A stretch of DNA of 64,000 bases, from the NCBI GenBank assembly GCA_964016885.1, contig OZ024740.1:253394001-253458000 (forward strand), read 5' to 3'. Shown piece after piece: positions 41,311 to 52,760 of this stretch (positions are counted from its first letter, which is position 1; every line of letters starts with the position of its first letter). Under the pieces are notes generated by a model that did not search any database, was not told where the DNA came from, and worked only from the letters and a program-made list of their open reading frames with translations. The DNA comes from Eledone cirrhosa. Taxonomy: Eukaryota. The position numbers and the translations under genes were made by a program.

Positions 41311-41567
41311 AACATACACACACATACATACGTACATACATACATACATACATACATACATACATACATACATACATACATACATACATACACACACATA
41401 TATACATACACAGGCCTGCGTTAGTGTTTGATGAGGTTGGGAACCTGGTCAGCTTTCAGCCAGAGCTGTGGCATTTAATCTCCCTAGGTAATAAAATCTG
41501 GAGACAGAATTTTCTCCGTACTCCCAAAAAAAAAACCCCCATAAAAATTCATGTCAACATCCTTACG

Positions 41568-41659
41568 CACTTAAATATAAATGCACGTATATATACAAAT
41601 GTATAAATGCATAGCTATATACATACGTAAATGTATGTATGTATATATGTATGTATGTG

Positions 41660-41732
<73 letters not shown>

Positions 41733-42080
41733 ATAGTCGGCTGTATTATTTTATGAGACAATTAAATAAATCTCACTTTTCATACGATCGTTTCATTATA
41801 AGATTTCTACAAAATGGGAGAATAATGTCCAAGTTATGTAGAAGCTTGCATATGATCAACAGATTTCCGTGCAAGTGGACTCTTATAACTCTTCAGTGGA
41901 ATGCCCATATATACTGTATATCCTTACCACTTAAATATAAATGCATGTATATATACAAATGTATAAATGCATAGCTATATACATACGTAAATGTATGTAT
42001 GTATATATGTATGTATGTAGATTTATATATAAATGAAAAGTATAGAAATTATTGTAGCGAAAAGCTAACAGTATTCCATA

Positions 42081-42141
<61 letters not shown>

Positions 42142-42372
42142 CTACATACATATATACATACATACATTTACGTATGTATATAGCTATGCATTTATACATT
42201 TGTATATATACATTTGTATATTTGTATATAAAGAGCCCACTTGCACGGAAAGCTTCTACATAACTTGGACATTATTCTCCCATTTTGTAGAAATCTTATA
42301 ATGAAACGATCGTATGAAAAGTGAGATTTATTTAATTATGTCTCAGAAAATAATACAGCCGACTATCCACAT
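41568..42372. repeat. Rearranged pLTR-like direct and inverted repeats
   Basis: 41568-41660 is repeated at 41928-42020; 41730-42030 is inverted, with deletions, at 42135-42372. Confidence 0.75.
41778..41901 (-). ncRNA. Type I hammerhead motif with ~95-nt stem II (family C)
   Basis: Minus strand: ttcca-CTGAAGA-gttataaga..tcttataat-GAAAC-GATC-GTA-tgaaa. Confidence 0.65.
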
Positions 42373-42491
42373 CATACAATATAGTTAGCACCCCAAACGT
42401 ATAATTGGGAATATACTTAGGTATTCCTAATGTTTGTTGAGTGAGATGGAAGTTGGTCGGAGTATCGCTAATAGCTTTCTCTGTTAATGTA

Positions 42492-42548
<57 letters not shown>

Positions 42549-42786
42549 TTGAAAATTGCAAACTTGACTGTCACCATACAATATGAACCTGAAAATTGCG
42601 AAAGCATGAAAGTACTTGTTCAATTAACACTTAACATTTAATATTCTACCATACTATTTCATTCTAATACCATTATAAATTTTAAAGGATTGTAAATAAA
42701 ACGAGTAAATCAGACAAAGTTGGAATTCCTTTTATTAATATAATCTTCTATACACAATCATACACACCCGTGTATATTTATCTATC

Positions 42787-42841
<55 letters not shown>

Positions 42842-42845
42842 TATA

Positions 42846-42974
42846 TAGGAAAAAGTATGACCCCGACGGCAGGGCTCAAGCCGTTTTGACGGCTATTTCG
42901 GGACTAAAGACTTTAGTCCAGAAATAGCCGTCGAAACGGCTTGAGCTCTGCCGTCGGGGTTATACTTTTTCCTA
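42846..42974. repeat. Near-perfect palindrome with 64-bp arms (PLE pLTR end fold-back)
   Basis: Arms 42846-42909 and 42911-42974; homologous to 8038-8100. Confidence 0.85.
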
Positions 42975-43051
42975 GTTCCCACTCTACGGCCTTAAGTATT
43001 GAGTAATCTGGTGCGTTATGGTCCATCTGGTTCCTTACCCCAATTCCTTTG

Positions 43052-43092
<41 letters not shown>

Positions 43093-43096
<4 letters not shown>

Positions 43097-46000
43097 AAAA
43101 TGGAACGGGAACAAAACAGAGAGGCAGTACGAACAAAGGTTTATTAGTTTCACGCTCTTGAGAGTGGGGGGGGGACGTTTCGGGCATAAGCCCTTCTTCA
43201 GGCGAAAAGTGTGTGGGAAGAGAGTTCCAAGGGTGTGTAGGGGAGTGAGGGAGAGACATTTAGAAAAGAGGGGGTGAGAGGAAACGGTGGAAGTGGTACA
43301 AATAAAGATAAATATGAAAAAAAATATGAAAAAATAATAATAAAAATAAAAATAAACATGAAGATAATCAAGTGGTGGAAGGGTGTGGGGCGGGTGGAAT
43401 GGGGAGAGGGAGGTGGGGAGAGCTGAAGGTGGTTTGTGTGTGTAGGTGTACGTGTGTGTGTGTGTGTGTGTATGAATGTGAGAGTTGGGGGAAGAACGGG
43501 GTTCCATGTTCAGGAAAAGGTGTGTGTGGGGTGGGGTGTAGGTCGGTGTGGGTGTGTGCGTGTGTGGATGGGGTGGGGTAGGGGGGAGAGAGGATTCTGG
43601 AGGCTGAGTGTGTAAATATGTGGGGAGTACGCACGTGTGTGTGGTGTTTATACGTATTGTGGATGTAGGTGGCGTGTGGGAAAAAAAATTTGTTTGAGTG
43701 TATTCCGTGGGTAAGTTCCTAAGGTTCCGTAGAGGGTGTGGTGGGATGCTGGATATTTTCCTTGTGATGGAGTTGATTGGTGGGAGCAATGTCCAATGTG
43801 TGTAATCCGTGGTTGGGTTGGTCGGAAGAGGGGAGATGTGGGGTGCGCGCGCAACAGGAAGTGGTCAGAGGGTCAAGGCAGGAGGAGCGTTGTGTGTCTG
43901 TGTGCGGAGAGGTGGTCAGAGGGTCAGGCATAGCAGCAGTAGGGGACAGTGGCAGGTGGAGAAAGACGGTGTGTCAGTGTGTGCGGAGGTGCGGTGGACG
44001 GTGGAGAGGATGGATAGGTGTGAAAGGTGGAGTGGGGAGGGGGTCGTGCGGAGGGGGGTATTAGTAGAAATGTTAGTGGGATGTGTGTGTGTGAAGGGGT
44101 GTGGGTGGAGCGGGGAGAGGGAGAGAGGTGTGGGAGACGGTGGAGGGAGTGTGGTGTACTGGTGTGTGTGTGTGCGTGTTTGGATGAGTGTGTGTGTGTG
44201 GTGAAGGGGGTGTTAGTGGGTGTTAGTATACTGGTGGTGGGGAAAGGGTTGAATGCGGGTGTGTTAGTGGGGGTCAGTGGTGGTAGGGTGTGTTAATATT
44301 GTTAGTTGTGGGGTGGGCGGTAAAAAGGAGGAGTGTGTTAGTGGTGTTAGTGGGGGATAAGTGTGTGTGGGGGGACAGGGCGGTCGAAGGCTAAAGGAAT
44401 AGGGGTGGGGAGTTCAGGCCGGGGGGGTCTGTAGGGTGAAAATGGTGCGTTGTTCGACCCTGAGGAGGGTGGTGGGTGTACCATGGAATTGGAGTAGGCC
44501 ACAGACTGTGAGGTGGTGCGCGGAACGTCCGGGGCAGCCAAAGTGGCGAGCGATGGGACGAATATCCCGGAGGTGTTCGGTAAAACGGTCCACCAGGCGA
44601 CGTCCAGTCTATCCGGCGTAGGTGGCGCTACACCTCATGCAGCGAAGTCCATAGACTAGGTTGGAGGAGGTACAGCGGAAGGCGTGTCGGACAGAGAGAG
44701 TGGCCGTTGGGACCCTGGAAGGTGGTGGTGTTGGTGATGTGGGGACAGATGTTGCAACGAGACCTGGAACAGGGAAGGGAACCGGGGGGTAGGGGTAGGG
44801 AGTTGCGGACGAGGAGGGTCCGAAGATTGCGTGCGCGTTTGAAGGAGGGGAGTGGTGGGGCTGGAAGATGTGGGAGGTGGAGGGGTCGGACTGGAGGCGT
44901 CGGAAGAGGCGAAGGATGGTGCGGTGGAGGGGTGGTAGGTGATAGGGAAGGGGAGACGGAGGGTGGGTGTGCGGTGGCATGGGGTGAGGGTGGTGGAGCG
45001 GTAGACAGCACGGGCGCGAGTGAGGGCAGTGTGGACGAGGGGGGGGGAACCTCTGCGGATGAAATGGCTAACTAGGGAAAGGGCCTGGGACTCAAAGTCA
45101 GCATCTCGGTTACAGAGGCGGCGGATGCTGAGGAGTTGGGAGTAGGGAATAGAGTGTTTAGTGTGTGGGGGTGGGAGGAGGTGAAGTCGAGGTAGGAGTG
45201 GGAGTCGGTGGGTTTGAAGAAGGCGGAGGTGACGAGGGAGTGGTGGGAGGGGTCGAAGGCGACGGAGATGTCTAAGAAGTGGACGTGGGTGGTGGAGATA
45301 GAGGTGGTGAAGTGGAGGGAGGGTGGAAGGATCAGAAGGAGAGAAAGGAGTCGAGCTGTTCTCGGGTGAGGGTCGTGGCTCCGATACAGTCGTCGATGTA
45401 ACGACCGTACAGTTCGGGCGTGGGGCCGGTGTACCGGGAAAGATTTGGGCCTCAACATGGCCAACGAAAAGGTTGGCATAGTTTGGGCCCATTCTTGTGC
45501 CCATGGCTACCTCTGTGACCTGTTGGTAAAACTCACCCGAGAAGGAGAAACAGTTAAGGGTGAGGACCAGCTCGGCGAGACGAAGGAGGGTGGGGGTGGA
45601 AGAGATGGGGGAGGGGCGAAGGTCGAGGTAGTGCTTGAGGGCACGTAGGTCGTCGGCGTGGGGGATGACTATATAGAGGGACTTGATATCTAGGGAGAAG
45701 AGGAAGGGCTGTGGGCCAGGTGGGAAGGTGAAGCAGTCGAATAGGCGAAGGGCGTGATTGGTGTCGGAGATGTGGGAGGGGAGGGTGGTGACGATGGGGG
45801 CGAGGATGGAGTCAAGAAAGGCGGTAGGGCAGTTGCAAGCGGAGACGATGGGGCGGTCGGTGTTGTCGGGTTTGTGGAGTTTGTGCGGACGATGCGGTGG
45901 GAAGCGGTGGGGGGAGGAGGAGACAAGGTGTTGGATGGTGGAGGAAACTTGTTGTTGGTAGAGGGGTGTGGGATCGGAGGGTAGATGGCGGTAGAAGAGG

Positions 46001-46126
46001 GAATTACGGAGCTGCCTGAGGGCTTCAGCCGTGTAGAGGTCAGCGCGCCACACCACCACGGCGCCTCCCTTATCCGCCGGTTTGATGACGATGTCATCTC
46101 GGCTACGGAGGGAGCGGAGAGCGAGG
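43093..46126 (-). mobile_element. Penelope-like element (Neptune-like), 5'-truncated, degenerate, GC-rich
   Basis: IVIKPADKGGAVVVW, KLHK..RPIVS, SLDIKSLY, AMGTRMGPNYANLFV, FLDI..KPTD, CSRSRCNICPH, NLVYGLRC..YAG; hammerhead in the 3' end; (TA)n on both flanks. Confidence 0.88.
43174..43207 (-). ncRNA. Minimal type I hammerhead core of the PLE pLTR
   Basis: Minus strand: CTGAAGA-agggc-ttat-gccc-GAAAC-GTC. Stem III is minimal; stem I is not evident. Confidence 0.7.
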
Positions 46127-46159
46127 ATATATATATATATATATATATGTTTGTGCGTG

Positions 46160-46203
<44 letters not shown>

Positions 46204-46657
46204 AAATGAAGTGATTCCGTCGGAAAGGTCCAGGAAAAAAGAGTGCTCTATGTAGGTTACAGAGCTTATTAGTTATGTAATAAACAACATAAGATAATTA
46301 TTTATGTTGTTTATTATGTTGTTTATGTTGTTTATTATGTTGTTTATTATGTTGTTATGTTGTTTATGTTGTTTATTTATGTTGTTTATTACATAACTAT
46401 ATATATATAGAGAGAGAGAATAGCTTTCACCGTATTTTAGACAAAAGAAATTTTAGGTGAAAGCTATTCTACCCCATTATCAGGCTAACATTTCTTTAGA
46501 CTAAAATACGGTGAAAGCTATTCTATTTTCTAATTTCAAACCTGCTCACTGTTTCAAAACATACTTACTTGATATATATATATATATAATACACACACAC
46601 ACACATATATTTTTTTCTTTTTCAGTCTGGTCTACCATGTTTGAGCCCCCTGTTGGA

Positions 46658-49600
46658 GATAGATAGATAGATAACTTTCTATTTATTTGCCACCAGGGCA
46701 TCAAAGATTGGAACAAATACAAAGGCGGGGGGGGGGGGGTTTACATACATTTCAAAGGACATATAACAAATCAAATTCAACAATCGACCCCCGAAAAAAA
46801 TGTGCAACCCTCCTCCTCAGGAGCACAAAGAGCGGGTGCCACCTTCCTCTCCTCCTTCTTCTCCTCTCTCACCTACAGGCTGATATAGAGAGAAGACCCA
46901 TTCACTCGGGCCATTCTCGCCACTTTCACCCACCTTTCATAAAACTTGCTGGGGTAGAGCACCTCTCTCTCCATTCTGATCCTTCTTCTAAAATGGTACT
47001 TGAAAAAAAGGAACGGGTAGAGCTCCTTGGTAGCACTGCCAAGCCAGGGACTTTTGGAAGTTGTCCATCGGTCCCGGGCCAAAACTGGCTAGCTCGTCTT
47101 CCTCCATGCCAGAGCCTCTCCGAGAGCGTCGTCGCACTTGCTGCGCACCAACCCTCTATAGAATGTTGAGGTTGAGTCTCCACTGATTGCCGGATCCGCT
47201 TGCCAGGGAGCCGTGAGCGCCTGGGCACATTCAATGTGCCAGTCGCCCACATTTCTCGGTCTTTGCTTGACCCAGGATTGCAGCGCGGTGAGTGAGACGA
47301 GTCTCGGAAAGGCTCGCCTCACAAAAGGGGCCCACACCGGCTGACCGGTGAGGAATACCTGGAGGTACCATAGCCTTAATGCGTGTCTACGCATCGTCAG
47401 CCACGGCATCCCCAGCCCTCCGTTCGAAGGGTGTTAACAGCAGATGGATCTTCTCACCAAAGGGGCCCGCCTCTTCCAAAGGAATCGGAAGAGCGCGCGC
47501 TCCATTTTGGCGAGCGCTTTCGCTGGGCAAGGCACGACGGTCAAGCGGTAGTAGATGACGGACGCTATATAAGTGTTCGCCACCTCCGCTCGACCTTTCA
47601 AGGATAGTTTGCACTCGGCCCACTTCTGGGCGAGTGCAAACACCCTGCTCGTCCCAGTTTTTCTCCACCTGGAGGTCCGGTCCGAACCAGACCCCGAGCA
47701 GCTTCACCGGTCCCTCCGTCTAGCGTCCGACGACGCCGTCGGAGGGCATCGGTTTGCCTCTCCACGTTCCGAGTTGCAAACCGGCGGACTTGTCCCGGTT
47801 CAGCTTGGCTCCTGTAAACCTTTCGTATTCCTCCAGTAAGGTGCTGATCTGCCCGATTTCCAGGCGCACGACACCATTACTGTCGCGTCATCGGCGTAGG
47901 CCGACACCGCTTTCCGCAATCCCAGTTCCAAGGGGATTCTCTGCAACAGCTCCAGCTTCCGCAGTAGTGGCTCGAGAGCCAGCACATACAGAAGGGAGGA
48001 GAGAGGGCATCCCTGTCGGATGGATCGCGCGATTTGGAACGGCTCCGAGAGGTAGCCGTTCACCTTGACCCTCGAGCAGGTGTTGCTGCTGTGCATCGCA
48101 GCAACCCAGCCGCTGAAAACGGGTCCGAAGCCTGCCGCCGCGAGCACCGCATCCAGGTACCGATGGTCGACACTATCGAACGCCTTAGATTGATCCAAGT
48201 TGATCAGGGCCCCACCAAAGTCGGGTTCGTTCTCAACCCTCAGTACGATGTATCGCATGAGGTGGAGGTTGTCGTGTATGTACCTGGACGGGATTGCGCA
48301 TGCCTGCGCTTCTCTCACCAAGTTCCCGACCACAAGCGCCAACCTCTTCGCTAACACCTTGGCCAAAATCTTTAACTCTGTATTTAGCAGAGTTATGGGC
48401 CTGAAGTTATGTATGTCATCCCTCTTGTTCTCGTCCTTCCTCACCAGCGTGACTACGCCCTTGGTCACAGAACTGGGAATTCTCCCGTTCTGTTGCCAGT
48501 TGCAGTAGACCGGCTCGAGGAGATCGGAGAACAAGTCCGGCATCGCTACATAAAGTTCGTATGGTAGACCACCGAGACCAGGAGATTTGCGTTTGCCGCA
48601 TTGGCTCCGCGCTTCCCCTATTTCAGCGGCTGAAATCGGCCTTTCGCAGGACTTCGCCTCCCCGTCCGAGAGCCGCAGCAGACCGTCGAGGTATGGACCG
48701 AAATCCATGGCCTCACCCGGCCCGCCACCCCTCCCGAACAGTCGTGCAAAGCGCCGTTGAAAGGCCGCGCACATCCTCTCAGGTTCAAGGATCACGCGTC
48801 CATCCTGGTCCTTCAAAGACCGAATCGTGGCCTTGTTTCCACTTTTTGCCTCTGTCACTCGGGCCCAGCTAACAGCTTTGGCTCCCTCGTTACCCAGAGC
48901 ACGTATTTTACTCCTGACAACGCAGCCCTCGTGCTTCGCGTCAAAGAACTGGTTTAGGGCCGTTCTTGACGCCAGCACGCCGGCCACGTTGCCACTCCTA
49001 ATCGCCTCTTCTACTCTATCTATCAATTCCCTTTCAGTTCTATTCCTATCTGATGCTAATTCCTGACTAAAACCTATCGATTCTATTCTAATTTCTCTCT
49101 TGAGAGATCCCCACCACCTGCTGTTGACAATTGCCCCCGTCAAACGCTGTTTAACTAGAGTGCTAATCCGCTTACTGTAAGCTTTGTTTGTCGGTAAGGA
49201 CAAGTTTAGCTTCCAGTAACCGGGTCCTTGTCTATGGGTTCTATCAAGGTTGACCACTCCGGTCACCAACTTGTGATCCGAATAGTCAACCATGAACATT
49301 CGTGGACAGCTTAATATGTCCCTATCCTTATTTCTAACTAGGAACCTATCTAGGTACGACCTAGATGTTCCGCTAAGATTAGTCCACGTCCCCAGTGGCA
49401 CAGTCGGAAAATCTAGTCGATATCTATCGGCCAGATCAAATCGGCCGATTAACCGTTTGAGGCTGTTACACTCTCTCTATCGGGACGTGCCCCTACATAG
49501 TCCCAACGTGCATCCAGGATACCATTCCAGTCCCCCACTAAAAGCAAGGAGCGAGACGTTCCCAGAAAAGTTTCTAGGCGCTGGAAGAAGTCCGGTCGCG

Positions 49601-51655
49601 GTGTCCCAGATAGGGCATACGCTGCCACCAGCCTGAAGGCTCCACCTTCACTACTGCCGACGTCTAGAACCACCAGTCGACCCTCCGGGTCCAGGTGTAC
49701 CTTCCGTGTTGCGAGGCCCAACTGTTTTCGCAGCAGAACGTCCCCCACCCCCACCCCACCCCGGCTGACAGAGAGATGCATAGATCTCAAAGTCGTCGAA
49801 GATGGGGGCCAGTTGGAGCTCGCTGCTGATCCTGGACTCGCAAATAGCTATCACATCCATTCTGTGCGACCTGAGGTCATTTAAGAGTTTTCCCTGCTTC
49901 CAGGACATCCCCAGGCCGCGCACATTTAAACATCCAACTCTTATAACAGCCATGTTGGTGGTGAAGAGTTTAGAGTGGAGAAAAAGGAAAAGATACCTAC
50001 CTGTCCTTCTCCTGGGGACCAGGCTGCACAATTTCCATGGGGGTGTCGGTGGGGTTGTTTGGTGGGGTGGGGGTGATGTGGTGGGGACATCGGTGTGTGA
50101 TGGGGTGGGGGTGTTTGGTGGGGGAGGGGTGTCTGGGGTGGTGGTGGGGAAACTTTTCAAGAGGACGCGGTTGCTAGGTCTAGTACAGGGGTTCCCCACG
50201 TCCTCGGGAAAGTTCTGTTTGAGCATTGCGTAGGTGTCCCTTGGGACCCTAATCATTTTAAAATGCGGTTTAGTCGCCGCGTTGGTGAACATTTTCCCTT
50301 CGGTTTCCACCGAAGGGTTTACACAAGTGTTTTGTTGTTTGTGTTAATGTATGTATACTGTTTTTGTTGTTTTTTGTTTGTTGTTCTTGTTTGTGTTTAC
50401 GTTTTGTAGTATGTGTTATGTTTTCGGGAGGGGTGGGGTTTTTTGTTTGTGATGTTTGTTCTGTTTGTGCTGGTGGTTGCGTGTTTGTTGCATTTTTGTT
50501 AATGTGGTGCCTTCTTTTCTTTCTTTTTACCGGCTGAAGGGGTTCTCGCTCGTCGTCACTGGGTGACGTTGATAAGGGGTCCTCGTCCGTGTTGTTGGGG
50601 AGGGGTATATTTTGGGGTTTCGTTGTGGTTGCTTTTGTATTTGTTTTAGGTGGGGCGTGTTGGGTGGGACAGTGTCTTGTGTTGTTGAGGTTGTTGTTGT
50701 TGTTGTTGTGGTGGTGGTGGTGGTGGTGGTGGTGGTGGTGGTTGTGTTGTTGTGTGTGGGGTGGGCAGAAGCGTGTTTGGGGGGGGGGATTTAAAAGGGG
50801 ACAGGAAGCCTTCAGGTGACCACTTCTTGAACAGTGGTAGCATTAAGGCCACCTGCCCTCAACAGAAATGTTTATGAAGGCGACTCCATCCTGCGGTATT
50901 CTTGCTATCCGTTCTGGTCTCATTTGGACCAGAACTTCAAGGCTATTGCCGCCAAATACGCCCCCGGTGGATTCGCCTATCGAAAGGATTGTGTCCTCAT
51001 CTTCTAAGAATCCCGTTAGCACCCACCAAATGCTCGCATTTGGCCTGATGCCCGAGATTCTTATCTTTTGAGTTCTTTTCCCCAAATATGTGGGAAAAAA
51101 GGTGTATGCTTTGGATACAATTGGCGACACAGAATATTTCAGTGCCGCCAATTCATCTTGCATTAAAACAGATATGCTTCCATACAGTTTCCCTTTCTGT
51201 ATGAAAGCGATATCTTTCCAGGCACTACTTAGGACCAGCTCAATTTCGCTTTGGGACAATTGAGCCGGTTTCCTAGTCGTGTTCCAAAATATCCTAAAGT
51301 TTACGGTCCTGGGGACTGTGTCCCTTCTAATTTCTTCGGGGGAGGTAATTGTGAATTCCCCACCTTCCTCGAAAGTTTCACAATTCCTTGCTTCTTTCAG
51401 CAATTTCTTGGCATTCCAGATGTCCAGTGCCTTGTATGTCTGCGTTTCTCGGACCGCCTGTGTGAAGGAGACTGCAGCTGTGGGTCCGTTTTCTTTCGTG
51501 TTGTTATCATTGTTGTTGTTGTTATTCGTGTTGGCTTGCTTTTTTCCTTTGTTGGTATATTCTGCTATAATTCCTACTTTGGTTAAAATTCAGCAATCAT
51601 ATTTGAATGGTAAAATATTTTGTAATGTGTGCCAAATATATTGTAACTTTCATAA
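46658..51655 (-). mobile_element. L1/Tx1-clade LINE, near full-length, degenerate
   Basis: ORF1 with CYHCSRSGHLKASC; ORF2 from 49953 MAVIRVGCLNVRGL, VGDWN, YSDH, KSPGL, FRPITLLN, LDQSKAFD, IRQGCPLS, AYADD; aataaa plus (TATC)n tail; related to 33240-38160. Confidence 0.9.
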
Positions 51656-51677
51656 AATACCCGGGTAGCTCAGCTAG

Positions 51678-52729
51678 TCTATCTATCTATATCTATATCT
51701 ATCTATCTATATTTAAATGCAAGTTTACGATTCTGTGTGTCCGCCTAAAACTAGCAAACTACCGGACCAAACTCCTCAAATTTACATGTACATATTCACT
51801 ATACACTCGGACAGGTAACGGTCGAAAAAGTTTTACTTTGCAAAGCAACGAATTCATTTAAATTCAATTTATCTTATTTTCTAATGAATATCAAAAGAGA
51901 TCATCCATTTTGTTTTTTTATGTTCTCCAGTCTGTAGATAAGAAAGTGAGGGGTGAGAGAGAGAGAGAGAGAGTAAGGGATGAGAGAGAAAGAGAGAGAG
52001 TGGGAGATGGGAGAGAGAGAGTAAGGGGATGAAAGAGAGAGAAAGGGAAAGCAGCCAACGTTGTTAACTTTTATTTATTTATTATTTTTACACACTTTTT
52101 AACCCTCCCGCTTCCTTAACGTTATTTATCTTTTCTTTATTTTTTGTACTCTATTCTGTAGAGAGGGGGGGGGGAGGAAGAGAGTAATGGGATGGGAGAG
52201 AGAGAGGGAAAGCAGCTAGCGTTCATTAACTTTTATTTATTTATTATTTTTACACACTATGTTATTTATCTTTTATTTATTTTGTGTTCGCTATTCTGTA
52301 GAGGATGAGAGAGGGATAGAAAGAGAGCTGATGAGAAAGAGAAAGGGAGTGAGGCGGATGGGGAGAGAAAGACAATAAGAAAAGAGAAAAGATGGGAGAG
52401 AGAAAAAAAGTAAAGAGGCAGGAGAGAGGGAGGGTGATTGGAGGGATTCTTTACCTAACTTGTGTCCGCGTTTATATATATATTTACACACACTTATGTG
52501 TGTGTTATGGGGGGAGGGGCGTTCTTTAGCAGACGATATATGTTACCATCAAAGCTTATTTTCTACATATGTCTAAAGAAATTACAGATGCTTTTATAGA
52601 AGTTGTATATATGTATGTATTTAACAGACAAAAAAAAAACGGTATTTTTAAAAGATATTATTTGAATATATTATTTTCCGCTGTTATTTGAATTAACACA
52701 GAAAATATTTTTTTGTAGTGTTTGTCGTT

Positions 52730-52760
<31 letters not shown>

